The notes under the pieces were generated by a model. That model had not been told where the DNA came from. It saw only the letters and a program-made list of their open reading frames with translations, and did no database searches. A stretch of 64,000 nucleotides of DNA, from contig CP055308.1 in the NCBI GenBank assembly GCA_013374855.1, positions 725,310 through 789,309 on the forward strand. The letters run 5' to 3'. Shown here one piece after another: positions 20,700 to 31,238 of this stretch. Every line of letters starts with the position of its first letter. Position 1 is the first letter of the stretch. The position numbers and the translations under genes are program-made. The stretch comes from Candidatus Woesebacteria bacterium (GTDB lineage Bacteria > Patescibacteriota > Microgenomatia > UBA8517).

Positions 20700-22480
20700 A
20701 TGGCTAAAAAAATCACAGGACAGAGTTTAAGAAAATACTTGCTGGAATTTCTATATCCATATTATTTGCAGCAATAGGTATCTATATCTCGCTGAACACT
20801 AAAAAAAAACTCGAACTAAGCAAGGCTAACTCTGAAGAAACAGAGGAAACGCTTTTTCAAAACTCACCTTCATCTTCACCAAATGAAATAATAATTAAAT
20901 ACAAACCAAGTAAAGAGGGAAAAATAACCAAAGAAATTGAAAAATATTCTAAGGGGAATCTAAACAAAAAATTTGGGAGCGTTTATACTCTTGAAGTAGG
21001 CGAAAATCAAGTAGATCAAGCTATTTCTGAAATACAAAAATCAAATGATGTTGAATACGCAGAACCAAACTATTACCTTGAATATCATTTAACTCCAAAC
21101 GACCCTTTATTCAAAGATCAATGGTGGCTTGCAAAAATCGAAGCTGAGAAAGCTTGGAACATAACACAAGGAAGCGAAACAGTAAAAGTAGGGATAGTAG
21201 ACTCTGGAATAACAAATAATCACAATGATCTAACTCCAAAGGTAGTTGGTTGGAAAAGCTTTGCAGGTGATTTATACGACATGACAGGACATGGTTCTCT
21301 TACAAGTGGTATAGTGGGGGCTATCACTAACAATAACATTGGTATATCAAGCATTGGTTTTAAAGTTAACCTCATTTCAATAAAAGTGGGTAATAGAAAG
21401 GCATCTGCAGCAGACGTTGCCAGTGGCATAAGGTGGGCTGCTGACAACAACATAGGAATAATCAACATGAGTCTAGGTTCACTTGAAGATGTCAGAACGA
21501 TAAAAGAGGCAATAGCATACGCATCCAGCAAAGGAGTTTTTATTGTTGCTTCAGCCGGGAACACAGGCAGAAACAAACGAACTTATCCTGCTGCATACCC
21601 CAATGTTTTCTCCGTTGCCGCAACCAATGAAAACGATGAAAAGGCAAATTTCTCCACATATGGAGACTGGGTAGACATAGCTGCCCCTGGAGTAAACATT
21701 CTATCAACCGATAAATCAGGTAGCTATAGTAGTTGGGATGGAACTAGTTTTTCTGCTCCAATTGTAGCAGGAATAGCAGCCCTACTCAAATCAAAGTTCC
21801 CAAACTATACAAACTCCCAAATAGAACAAAGACTTTGTGATACTGCTGATAAAATAAACAAAACTGGTGAATTCTGGAAATGTGGAAGAATCAACGCTTA
21901 TAAAGCCCTAGTAGGCAATGATTTTGCCACTCCTTCTCCAACAGCAACCCCCCAAACAACCCCTTCTCCACCTCCCAATCCGTCAAACACCTTAAGAGTA
22001 AACATCAGATTTCAAGGAATCACCTCAAAAGCAAATCATCAGAAATCAATTATTGAATTATTTCAAAACTCAAAAAGCATTTACCAATTGGACCAAAAAA
22101 TCGAGAATAACGAAAACGGAATTTACTCTTTTTACATTAACAACTCAGACCAAAAAATCAAACCGGGAAATTACGAAATTCGTGTAAAGGGGGAATCCCA
22201 TCTTGGTAAGAAATTCAAAAATGTAGAAATTAAATCAATAAATGATACCTTAAATTTAACATCAGAAGACATAAAAGCAGGAGATGTAGATAATGATAAC
22301 AAAATAACTATAACAGATATCGCTCAAGTCCTTTCTTTTTATAAATCATTCTCAAACAAAGTAGACGAAAATAACTCTAAAATGATTCAATCAGACATAA
22401 ATAAAGATGGGAAAATTACTATAATAGATGTCGCCCTCGTTGCTCTAAATTGGTCAATTTTAAATTTCAGTGGGGAATAA
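20700..22480 (+). CDS. subtilisin-like S8 serine protease with I9 propeptide and C-terminal dockerin domain; the 5' end is frameshifted or lacks a standard start
   Basis: Track ORF 21281-22480 (HGS..GTSFSAP..dockerin DVDNDNKITITD and DINKDGKITIID). About 575 nt upstream are open in the same frame. They encode a signal anchor (KKILAGISISILFAAIGIYISLN), a propeptide (..YTLEVGENQVDQAISEIQKSNDVEYAEPNYYLEYH), and the Asp box (TVKVGIVDSGI) with no ATG/GTG/TTG. The ATG at 20700 (MAKKITGQSLRKY) is in a different frame, offset at an A4 run near 20730. Confidence 0.75.
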
Positions 22481-22483
22481 GTA

Positions 22484-23236
22484 TTATCTAATGCAAAAAA
22501 AGTTTGCCACTGGTTTAACCTCACCCAATTTCAAATTATAGTTATAGAAAAAACTAGCAGTTCCTCCATCAAGATTGACAGCATCCGCTATGTTTAGGTC
22601 AAAACCTTTATTAATTTCTTCAATCAAATAAGGAACTTCCTCCAAAGATGGTCCCTTTAAAAAATTATCCTGAGACCAAAAAACCAAAAAAACAGGCTTA
22701 TTCTCACCTGTAACCCCCACAACAACACGCCTTTCAAAAACAGCAGAGCTCTTAATTGCAATTTTTCTGCCATTTTCAAAAACCAAAGGACCAGACTGAA
22801 GAGCAACCCGCAATGGGTCTTGAGGTACTTCTCTAGTAATTCTTGCTGTGTCAAATCTGTTTATAGAAAAAACTGCATTAAAAAGTCTGTTCTTTTGCCA
22901 AGGAGATATTTCTTTTCCTTCAGATATCAAAAGACCTATTGGTTTAAAATAAGGGTCGTAAAAACCACCATTTATTAAATAACTGCAGCCAAACTTATCT
23001 TCAACCTCACTTCCAGAAAGCTTGTTTTCATTCGGATAAAGAAAAACACGATTTGAATCAACAATTATGTAATCAAAATTGTAAACATCATTAAAACCGA
23101 CAATCTTTCTGAATTCAATCTCTTGCTTTGTTCCAAGGGTTTTTTCTTGAAACTTTTTACTTGTATTTAAAAAATAAAAACTCAACAAAGCAAAGCTTAA
23201 AAAAATAAAAATCCCAAAAATCAATTTTTTAATCAT
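22484..23236 (-). CDS. phosphodiester glycosidase family (DUF2233-like) exported protein
   Basis: Signal anchor FGIFIFLSFALLSFYFL, then ..NGGFYDP.. and ..NLDGGTAS.. motifs recalled from DUF2233. Confidence 0.45.
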   Translation of the reverse strand: MIKKLIFGIFIFLSFALLSFYFLNTSKKFQEKTLGTKQEIEFRKIVGFNDVYNFDYIIVDSNRVFLYPNENKLSGSEVEDKFGCSYLINGGFYDPYFKPIGLLISEGKEISPWQKNRLFNAVFSINRFDTARITREVPQDPLRVALQSGPLVFENGRKIAIKSSAVFERRVVVGVTGENKPVFLVFWSQDNFLKGPSLEEVPYLIEEINKGFDLNIADAVNLDGGTASFFYNYNLKLGEVKPVANFFCIR

Positions 23237-23497
23237 TTTCTAAAGTATAGAATGCAAAGAAAAGGAAAACAAATCAAACGAATAATTAAAAGACAAAATC
23301 AAAAATTTAGAATTAAAATTTAAGATCATCATTACTAAAATCTAAGACTTCTGACTCTTAATTTTTGAATTAACCATCTTTATTTCTTGAAATCTAAATC
23401 TTTTGGTTTTGCATCCTATGTGGTCGATAAATCATAACATATCTCGAAATTCTCATGTACCCCCTTGCTTTAAGACCACCTTACAATTAAAATTATT

Positions 23498-23526
23498 AAA
23501 GGCTAGGGGTAGGCCTTTATTTTTTG
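23498..23526 (+). promoter_or_regulatory. stem-loop plus U-run in the gyrA leader
   Basis: AAAGGC-taggggta-GGCCTTT followed by ATTTTTTG, ending 8 nt before the gyrA ATG. Confidence 0.3.
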
Positions 23527-23533
23527 TCTAAAA

Positions 23534-26161
23534 ATGGATATCGGAAAAGTAAGAGAAGTTGAAATAACAGAAGAGCTTTCCAAAAGCTACCTTGACTATG
23601 CAATGAGCGTCATCGTCGCTCGTGCTCTTCCTGATATAAGAGACGGCTTCAAACCAGTTCATCGAAGAATACTTTATGCTATGCACTTGATGGGCTTGGA
23701 ACCCGGAAAACAATTCTCAAAGTCAGCCAAAGTTGTTGGTGAAGTATTGGGTAAATATCATCCACATGGGGATATGGCTGTTTATGATGCTTTAGTGCGC
23801 TTAGCGCAAGATTTTTCGATGAGATATCCCCTTGTTGAAGGGCAGGGAAATTTTGGATCAGTAGACGGCGACCCGCCGGCGGCAATGCGATACACCGAAG
23901 TGAGGCTTTCCAAATACGCGCCTTTCATGCTTGCAGATATCGAAAAGGATACGGTTGACTTTGTTGACAATTTCGATGCAACTCTTAAAGAACCTGTATT
24001 CCTACCTGCGCTTTTACCTAATCTTCTATTAATGGGGTCCGAAGGCATTGCAGTTGGAATGGCCACAAAAATTCCGCCACACAATTTAACTGAGGTATCA
24101 GATGCAATAATCGCTTCAATCCAAAAGGGCAGGGTAGTGTTTTTGGACCAAGAAAAACAAGAAGAAGAAACCGATTTTGTCATCAAAAAAATCAACCTAG
24201 TTGCTGCAGGAGAAGAAGAAAAATTAAAAGATGAAGAGCTGACTCCAAAAAACGTTTCTTTCGAAAGTGACATTACAATTGATGAGCTTGTAAAAATTAT
24301 CCCCGGACCTGACTTTCCAACTGGAGGGGCAATATACGACGCTCAATCTCTAAAAGAGGTATATGCCACAGGCAGAGGAAAAATAATAGTAAGGGGAATA
24401 GCCGAAATAGAAGAGACCAAAGGTGGAAAACAGCAAATAGTAATTTCAGAAATTCCATATCAGGTAAATAAAGCCCAACTTGTAAAAGCAATAGCTGATC
24501 TTGTTAAAGACAAAAAACTAAACGGCATAGCAAACCTAAGAGATGAATCAGACAAGGAAGGACTAAGAGTAGTTGTAGAACTCAAAAGAGATGCAAAACC
24601 AAAATCTGTTCTCAACAATCTCTACAAGCACACTAAACTACAAACTACCTTTCCTGCCAATTTTGTTGCCTTAATTGATGGAACACCGCACCTTGTTAAC
24701 CTAAAACAGATAATAATCGAGTATATTAAACACCGCCAAAGGGTAGTTACAAGAAGAACTATTTTTGAGTTAACTGCAGCCAAAAAACGCGCCCATATCT
24801 TGGAAGGGCTAAAAATCGCACTTGATAATTTAGACGAGGTTATAAAAACAATCAGAAACTCAAAAACTCAAGAGGACGCCAAGAATAACCTTATGTCAAA
24901 ATTTGGACTAACTGCAATTCAGGCAAACGCTATTCTTGATATGCAGTTGCGAAGGCTGGCTGCTTTAGAGCGAGAAAAAATAGAAAAAGAATACGAAGAG
25001 GTTAAAAAGTTAATAGATCGGCTTACCTTAATTCTTAAAAATCCAGAGAAAGTCTTGGAAATTATCAAAAAGGAGGTAGAAGATCTAAAGGAAAAATTCA
25101 AAGACGAGAGAAGAACTAAAATATTCTCCCAAAAGATAGGTGAATTCAAAGAAGAAGATCTTATTCCACTTGAAGAAAACTTAATAACCATTACAAAAAC
25201 CGGCTACATAAAGAGAGTCCCAAGAAATACTTTTAAATCTCAAAAAAGAGGCGGTAAAGGAATAAGCGGAATGGCTGTAAAGGAAGAAGATGAAATAGAA
25301 CACATAGTTGCCGCCACCACGCACGACAATATCCTGTTTTTCACCAACAAAGGAAAAGTTTACGGCAGCAAAGTCTGGGAAATTCCAGAATCATCAAGAA
25401 CATCAAAAGGACAGGCTGTAGTGAACATTATAAACATAGAGCAAGACGAAAAGATAATGTCCATTTTGCCTTTCAAAGAAGCCCAAGAAGACGAATTCTT
25501 CGTAATGGTAACCAAAAAAGGGATTATTAAAAAAACAATGGTGGGCGAATTCAAAAACATGAGAGCTTCTGGAATAATTGCTATCAGATTAGAGAAAGAC
25601 GACCTTTTGGTTTCAGTTGGTAAGACCACAGGATCGGACCATATCTTACTTGTCACAAAAAAGGGGATGTCCATTAGATTTTCTGAAACCGATGTTAGAC
25701 CAATGGGAAGACCAACATCAGGCATGCGGGGTATAAAGCTAATGCCAGAAGATGAGGTTATTGGTATGGATATTTTCAACCCAAAAACTCCCGAAATTAA
25801 AGATAAAAGAAGAAAAACATTCAGGGATATACTAACTGTGTCTGAAAATGGAATTGGTAAAAGAACACCAATCGATCTTTTCCCTCTTCAGAAAAGAGCA
25901 GGGAAGGGGGTTAAAGTAGCGGTTATTAACAACAAAACAGGAAATTTAGCTGCAGTTGCAACAGTTACCGAAAAAGTAGATCAAATAGTCTTAACTTCAG
26001 CATCAGGACAAGTAATCAAGCTTCCTCTCAAAAACATCCCGCAAATGGGAAGATCTACTCAGGGAGTTATTCTTATGAGATTTGCCAAAAAAGATGACTG
26101 GGTTGCGGGAGTTGCCTGCCTCCTTAAAAATCACGAGGAAGAAGAAAATCCTCAAAATTGA
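23534..26161 (+). CDS. gyrA: DNA gyrase subunit A
   Basis: [19 protein letters not shown], the active-site region AAMRYTE, and the C-terminal beta-pinwheel repeats. Confidence 0.95.
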   Translation: MDIGKVREVEITEELSKSYLDYAMSVIVARALPDIRDGFKPVHRRILYAMHLMGLEPGKQFSKSAKVVGEVLGKYHPHGDMAVYDALVRLAQDFSMRYPLVEGQGNFGSVDGDPPAAMRYTEVRLSKYAPFMLADIEKDTVDFVDNFDATLKEPVFLPALLPNLLLMGSEGIAVGMATKIPPHNLTEVSDAIIASIQKGRVVFLDQEKQEEETDFVIKKINLVAAGEEEKLKDEELTPKNVSFESDITIDELVKIIPGPDFPTGGAIYDAQSLKEVYATGRGKIIVRGIAEIEETKGGKQQIVISEIPYQVNKAQLVKAIADLVKDKKLNGIANLRDESDKEGLRVVVELKRDAKPKSVLNNLYKHTKLQTTFPANFVALIDGTPHLVNLKQIIIEYIKHRQRVVTRRTIFELTAAKKRAHILEGLKIALDNLDEVIKTIRNSKTQEDAKNNLMSKFGLTAIQANAILDMQLRRLAALEREKIEKEYEEVKKLIDRLTLILKNPEKVLEIIKKEVEDLKEKFKDERRTKIFSQKIGEFKEEDLIPLEENLITITKTGYIKRVPRNTFKSQKRGGKGISGMAVKEEDEIEHIVAATTHDNILFFTNKGKVYGSKVWEIPESSRTSKGQAVVNIINIEQDEKIMSILPFKEAQEDEFFVMVTKKGIIKKTMVGEFKNMRASGIIAIRLEKDDLLVSVGKTTGSDHILLVTKKGMSIRFSETDVRPMGRPTSGMRGIKLMPEDEVIGMDIFNPKTPEIKDKRRKTFRDILTVSENGIGKRTPIDLFPLQKRAGKGVKVAVINNKTGNLAAVATVTEKVDQIVLTSASGQVIKLPLKNIPQMGRSTQGVILMRFAKKDDWVAGVACLLKNHEEEENPQN

Positions 26162-27121
26162 TTAGCCTTGAGATTTGCTGTGAAAAGTATCATAAATTTC
26201 CTTCAGATGTCTATGAGTAACATGAGTGTAAATTTGAGTTGTTTGGATATTTTTATGACCAAGCATTTCCTGAACTGAGCGAATATCAGCTCCTGCCATC
26301 AAAAGATCTGTGGCAAATGAATGGCGCAAGACATGAGGCGTTGCCTCAATCGGCAATTTTACCTTTCTTGAATACTTCTTCAAAATGCGCTGTACCGATC
26401 TAACGCTTAAGCGCATATCCTCATCTGAAGCTGTTGGTTTAACATTTTTAGAATGCCTTATAAAAAGAGGCTTAAACTTGTCTTCGCGTGCAGATAGATA
26501 TTCTTCAAGCCAAGAAACTGCCCTTGATGAAAGAAACACTACACGAGCTCTACCACCTTTTCCAACAACACCAAATTCTCTTCTTTTCAAGTTAACAGTG
26601 TCGCGATTTAAACTTACAAGCTCTGAAACTCGAAGACCCGTTGAAAAAAGCACCTCTAAAATAGCCTTGTCCCTTTTACCAACAATTGTTGATAAAGAAG
26701 GCGCGTTCAAAAGCCTGTCAACATCCTTTCCTGTTAGAAATTTAACCTGTCTTTCAGCAATTTTAGGCAGTTCTATCTTCTCAGGGGCCATCACATCCAA
26801 ATCATTTTTCAAACACCACTTAAGAAAGCTTCTAATAGCTATGCAATGATATCCTTGGGTCTTTCGGGAAAGTGTCCTGCCACGGTTATCTGTAACCCTT
26901 GCCAAGAAAAGACGATACTGGTGAACCAAAGTAGGATTAATGCTTTTAAGATTCAAGGGAATATTTTGCCTTTGCAACCAATAATAAAATCTCATCAAAT
27001 AATGCCTATAGTTTCGAAGGGTTAGGGCAGAGGAGCCTTTTTCAACTTCCAAATATTCCAAAAAATCTTCCAGAGTTTCAAACAGCTGATTCTTTGGTTT
27101 GTCGGACAGATTTTGAACCAT
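26162..27121 (-). CDS. tyrosine site-specific recombinase XerC/XerD-like
   Basis: ..HVLRHSFATDLLMAGADIRSVQEMLGHKNIQTTQIYTHV.. is the catalytic R..HxxR..Y tetrad region. The track ORF extends to 27202; a start at the internal MVQNLSDK (27121) is more plausible. It is convergent with gyrA, and the two stops abut. Confidence 0.75.
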   Translation of the reverse strand: MVQNLSDKPKNQLFETLEDFLEYLEVEKGSSALTLRNYRHYLMRFYYWLQRQNIPLNLKSINPTLVHQYRLFLARVTDNRGRTLSRKTQGYHCIAIRSFLKWCLKNDLDVMAPEKIELPKIAERQVKFLTGKDVDRLLNAPSLSTIVGKRDKAILEVLFSTGLRVSELVSLNRDTVNLKRREFGVVGKGGRARVVFLSSRAVSWLEEYLSAREDKFKPLFIRHSKNVKPTASDEDMRLSVRSVQRILKKYSRKVKLPIEATPHVLRHSFATDLLMAGADIRSVQEMLGHKNIQTTQIYTHVTHRHLKEIYDTFHSKSQG

Positions 27122-27624
27122 CAGTAAATTAATTCTAAACCCCCATTTTCTGTTTGTCAATAACATTGTGCGACATTGTAACAATTTACAAAAAATGTTC
27201 ACTAATTTCTATCACCAACTAATCCCTGTCGTCTGCTACTAACTACCAACTACTTATAACAAACAACTCACAATAATTATTCTATAATTAAATTATTATT
27301 GGGGAATACTTTTTCAGATAGAAAAGACCCACTTCTTGCAGCTTTAAAATTGGCTTTACCAAATCAATTATAAGAGGGGTTTCTCAATGAAGATGATTAA
27401 TACATCGTCTTAATAAAGTTGTTTTTATCCCTAAAATACGGACAAAACGACAGAAACAACTTTTTTAATGTTTAACCATTAATCTTCGGGTTTAATTTGG
27501 AAAAATAAAAATAAGAAAGATCAAATAGAAAAGGCAAATAAAAAAAGACCACATTTAATCTGAAATAAAAGAAAATTTAAAAAAAGAGAAATTGGAAATT
27601 CCCCAGTCTTTGATAATTAATTAT

Positions 27625-27648
27625 GTCGTAAAATCTATATTGTGCGAC
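27625..27648. other. candidate dif-like Xer recombination site (imperfect 9-6-9 palindrome)
   Basis: GTCGTAAAA-TCTATA-TTGTGCGAC has arms matching 7/9 as an inverted repeat with a 6-bp centre. The flanks TTATG..TAAAAT resemble dif XerD-arm features. It lies ~500 bp upstream of the xer gene in a long ORF-free stretch. Confidence 0.25.
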
Positions 27649-28089
27649 TAAAATAAAGCGAGCACCCCAAACAATTTGTAAAAAACAAAAGACATAAATC
27701 AATATAGGGGAGCAAAATTTTAATATTTTAAAAAGAAAGCAAATAACAATCACCCAAGCCTATTTAAACAAAGCAATCCAAAGGTGATTAACAAACTTCT
27801 ATATGAACAAAAATAAAACTTATCCACAAAACAAACTAGCACTTAGACTTGCCAGGCGATAATAAATCTAAACTACCTATCAAACTATATCAACTAGCCT
27901 CAAATTCCTTTTTCGGTTACTTTTTGTTTTTTAGTTTATTCTAGTTTCCTCTATATTTTCGTGAAAAATAGAAACAATATTCGTGAAAACAAAAACTATG
28001 GGACATACTATAGGTTAATTCATTCTCCCCTCTCCCCCATCGTAATGTCTCTCCTTTTTTAAAAACAAAATCTGCCAAAAAAGTTTTCA

Positions 28090-28860
28090 TTATCGCCCCC
28101 AAGAAGTTGCAAAAAACATAGAAATAAGCACAAAAAAACCTACCAAAAGGTATTCCCTGATAGTTTGAGGAAAAAGCCTACTTTCAAGCTTCGCCTGCAC
28201 TAAACCCAAGAGAACATAGACAAGAGAAGTCAAAAACAAAGAACCAACAACAACCGTCGTTGGCCAGAAGAAAAGCAAAACACTAATTTGTGTCAAAAAA
28301 AAAGACAAGAAAAGCGAATAAACAACAAGATCCTTATCAAAAGAAAAGTTAAGCAGGACCTGCCACAAACCCTGAAAAAAAATTAAAAAACTTGCCGAAA
28401 AAACAAGCAGAGCCTCCCACCATACAAAAAGTTTTAAAGAAAGAATCGTATTAAACAACAGAAAAGAAACAAGAAGTGTCAAAACAAATCCAACACCCCT
28501 TGCAGCTCGCAAAAGCGCAATTGTCCTAATTGCAGCTACGGTAAAGATATTCTGTGTTAGACAAAGTGAATAAACAACCAAACCATAAAACAAAAGAATT
28601 GGTACTTGAGTAAAGATATTAGCAGGTAACAAAAACCAAAAAAAACCAACTCCAATGGTGAACAAAAACGGCAAAACTAAAGAAACCAAAGTAAAATTGA
28701 AACCCAAACCTTCGTAAAGCGACCAGTAAAAAAGTGGTAATGTTAAAATACCCAAAGAAGCAATTCCTATAAACTTATATTTTTGCTCCAAAAATTGTAT
28801 AACGGCAAAGCCCAAAGTTAGCAAAAATGAAGTTATTAGAAACCTTTTGCGCTTACTCAT
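28090..28860 (-). CDS. polytopic integral membrane protein, function unknown
   Basis: About 8 predicted TM helices and no recognisable catalytic motif. Confidence 0.4.
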   Translation of the reverse strand: MSKRKRFLITSFLLTLGFAVIQFLEQKYKFIGIASLGILTLPLFYWSLYEGLGFNFTLVSLVLPFLFTIGVGFFWFLLPANIFTQVPILLFYGLVVYSLCLTQNIFTVAAIRTIALLRAARGVGFVLTLLVSFLLFNTILSLKLFVWWEALLVFSASFLIFFQGLWQVLLNFSFDKDLVVYSLFLSFFLTQISVLLFFWPTTVVVGSLFLTSLVYVLLGLVQAKLESRLFPQTIREYLLVGFFVLISMFFATSWGR

Positions 28861-28866
28861 TCAAAA

Positions 28867-29598
28867 TCAACTCAGAATTGACTCGTCGTAATCAAGATTA
28901 GAGTAGACATTCTGAACATCTTCATGGCTCTCAAGAGACTCAATAAAAGAAATAACTTTCTTAACATCATCTTTATTCTGTAAAGACATATATGTCCTTG
29001 GTTTTTTAACTAGGTCTGAAGAAACAAGAATATAGCCCAAAGCTTCAATTTTACCTTTAATTTCTTGAAACTTATCAACAGGAGCATAAACCTCAAAAGC
29101 TTCTCCAACATCATCAATATCCTCTACCCCCAAATCAATAAGTGAAAGTATCTGTGAATCAGGATCTGAGGTCTTGTCAATTACAAATACAGACTTCTGT
29201 TCAAAATTATAGGAAACTGCACCAGGTCCGGCCAAACTCCCCCCCGCCCTTTCAAAAAGATTTTTAATTTCCTGCGCAGTTCTGTTTCTGTTGTTTGTAA
29301 CAGCATCTACAATCACCCCAACACCAAATGGCCCATACCCCTCGTAGGTAACTTCCTCCAAATCCCCCATTTCTTGGCTTCTCTGAAGAATTCTTTCAAT
29401 ATTGGCTTTTGGCATATTATCCGCTTTTGCTTGTTCTATAGCAAAACGAAGCCTTGAATTAAGCTCAGGATCTGCGCTTCCCCCTGTCTTAATAGCAAGA
29501 GCAATAGCCTTAGAGTGACGGGAAAAAATCTTGCCTTTAGCTTGATCTTTTGCCTCCTTTTGTCTTTTAATTGTCGCAAAATGAGAATGCCCACTCAT
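28867..29598 (-). CDS. yebC: YebC/PmpR family DNA-binding transcriptional regulator
   Basis: MSGHSHFATIKRQKEAKDQAKGKIFSRHSKAIALAIKTGG is the characteristic YebC N-terminus. Confidence 0.85.
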   Translation of the reverse strand: MSGHSHFATIKRQKEAKDQAKGKIFSRHSKAIALAIKTGGSADPELNSRLRFAIEQAKADNMPKANIERILQRSQEMGDLEEVTYEGYGPFGVGVIVDAVTNNRNRTAQEIKNLFERAGGSLAGPGAVSYNFEQKSVFVIDKTSDPDSQILSLIDLGVEDIDDVGEAFEVYAPVDKFQEIKGKIEALGYILVSSDLVKKPRTYMSLQNKDDVKKVISFIESLESHEDVQNVYSNLDYDESILS

Positions 29599-29606
29599 AA
29601 TTACAC

Positions 29607-30338
29607 TTGACAGCTATTATACAACACTTATACTTTTTCTTAAAGCAAGAAATGGATGATTTATCTCAAAAAGCAATAACAGCCGCTACCTCCGGAAACT
29701 GGAATGAGGCAATAGATATCAATCTTAAAATTCTGAAAAATTCCCCAGAGGATATAGACGCTCTAAACAGATTAGCCAAAGCCTACGCCGAATTAGGCAA
29801 AATTCCAAAGGCAATTTCAACCGTAAGAAAGGTGTTAAAAATCAATCCATTCGATCGAATAGCCAGCAAAAACCTGGAAAAATGGAAAAAAGCAAAATCA
29901 GGTCAAACATCACCTTGCAATCAAGCAACCGCTGATAGCTTTATCGAAGAGCCAGGAAAAACCAAAATTGTTTCTCTTGTTTACACTGCAGACCCAAAAA
30001 CAATAGCATCTCTTGATGCAGGAGATGAGGTTTCTATTCTCCTAAAGGGAGGTTCCCTGCAAATATTGACAAAAGACGGAAGATACATTGGCAGGTTAAC
30101 CGACGATATAGCTTCAAGATTAAAGAAATTAATAAAAATGGGTAACATCTATCAACTGTTTATTAAAAGCATAGAATCAAACAAAGTAAAAGTATTCATA
30201 AGAGAGGTCAAAAGATCTAAGAAAGCAGAGAAAATTCCATCCTTCATAGGTGAAAAAATTGATTATGTTCCATTTACTCCACCCGAACTTGTTCACAATA
30301 AAGAAGAAATAAAACTTACAGAAGAAGAGGAGGAATAA
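29607..30338 (+). CDS. hypothetical protein with TPR-like N-terminal repeats and acidic C-terminus
   Basis: Helical repeat pattern (..NWNEAIDINLKILKNSPEDIDALNRLAKAYAELGK..). An alternative start sits at 29652 (MDDLSQ). Confidence 0.35.
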   Translation: MTAIIQHLYFFLKQEMDDLSQKAITAATSGNWNEAIDINLKILKNSPEDIDALNRLAKAYAELGKIPKAISTVRKVLKINPFDRIASKNLEKWKKAKSGQTSPCNQATADSFIEEPGKTKIVSLVYTADPKTIASLDAGDEVSILLKGGSLQILTKDGRYIGRLTDDIASRLKKLIKMGNIYQLFIKSIESNKVKVFIREVKRSKKAEKIPSFIGEKIDYVPFTPPELVHNKEEIKLTEEEEE

Positions 30339-30342
30339 TTCC

Positions 30343-31236
30343 TTACCACCTTACCAAAAACTTCTTCCCTATCTTTATTACTACCTCGTTGATTTCCAAA
30401 GGAAAAGGAGCAAACTTATCTTTTTTGCAACCAAAAACAGAGGCAAAGACATTAGCAATATTCTCATCTTTGGAATAAACAAGGCAATCAATATTTGAGG
30501 AATTCTGGTTTTCTACAGAAATCAACCTAGCCCCCATTGTATCAAAAACCTTACTCATCTTACTAACCACAATGGAATTTCCAGATTCATTAATAACAGA
30601 GACAAAAACTTCTCTTTCCTCAAAAAGAGGTTCTCTTAGATAAGACAGGAGACTAACTGGTAAATCAGCGTCGATTAAAAACCCACTTTGACCAGTCTTA
30701 AGTGTAACTTCTTTAAGCATCCCAGAATTAGTTAATCTAACTCTATCAACCTTCATCCGACCAAGAGTAGAGACAAAAGCCAATTTTGTACGTAAAAATA
30801 AATCTATGTTCGTATTACGCAAAAAAACAAAATAATTAAACTTAAAAAAAGGGCCACCATCAACAAAAATTTTATCTCTGGGAGCCATCCAAAGATAAAC
30901 AGGAATAAAAAAGTTCTTACGAACAGTGCTAACAAGAAGTCTGCCACCACCAATTTTCTCCTGTTCTCCAAGTTGCCAAACAGACCCCAATTCCCATTGA
31001 CCAAGATTATAGGAAACATCAACTTGTGTATTTTTAGGAATATCTATTATAAGGATCCCCTTTCGTGTAAAATCAAAATTTACAACATAAACACTATCTA
31101 CCCCCATCGAAACAAAAAGAATTCTTTTATCTTTCTTCCTTACAAACAAAATGGTCAAAATTAAAAGACATAAAAACAACAATAAAATGAAAAATAACCT
31201 CCTATTCTTTCCTTTACTTTTCTGCTTATAATACAT
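30343..31236 (-). CDS. LytR/CpsA/Psr (LCP)-like cell-envelope protein (tentative)
   Basis: N-terminal TM anchor, then ..SVYVVNFDFTRKGILIIDIPKNTQVDV...IGGGRLL..TVRKNFFIPV.., resembling the LCP core. Confidence 0.35.
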   Translation of the reverse strand: MYYKQKSKGKNRRLFFILLLFLCLLILTILFVRKKDKRILFVSMGVDSVYVVNFDFTRKGILIIDIPKNTQVDVSYNLGQWELGSVWQLGEQEKIGGGRLLVSTVRKNFFIPVYLWMAPRDKIFVDGGPFFKFNYFVFLRNTNIDLFLRTKLAFVSTLGRMKVDRVRLTNSGMLKEVTLKTGQSGFLIDADLPVSLLSYLREPLFEEREVFVSVINESGNSIVVSKMSKVFDTMGARLISVENQNSSNIDCLVYSKDENIANVFASVFGCKKDKFAPFPLEINEVVIKIGKKFLVRW

Positions 31237-31238
31237 AG

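Noticed and set aside
26162-27202. Xer-like recombinase as the integrase of a second mobile element
   Set aside because: The flanking genes (gyrA, yebC, membrane protein) are housekeeping with backbone-like composition, and a dif-like palindrome is nearby. A chromosomal XerC/D role is more parsimonious.
27203-28089. tmRNA, RNase P RNA or SRP RNA in the long non-coding stretch
   Set aside because: No tRNA-like 3' end (GGTTCGAxTCC..CCA), no P4-type GGAAAGTCCGG block and no SRP domain IV motif were visible by eye. It is left only as an unexplained region.
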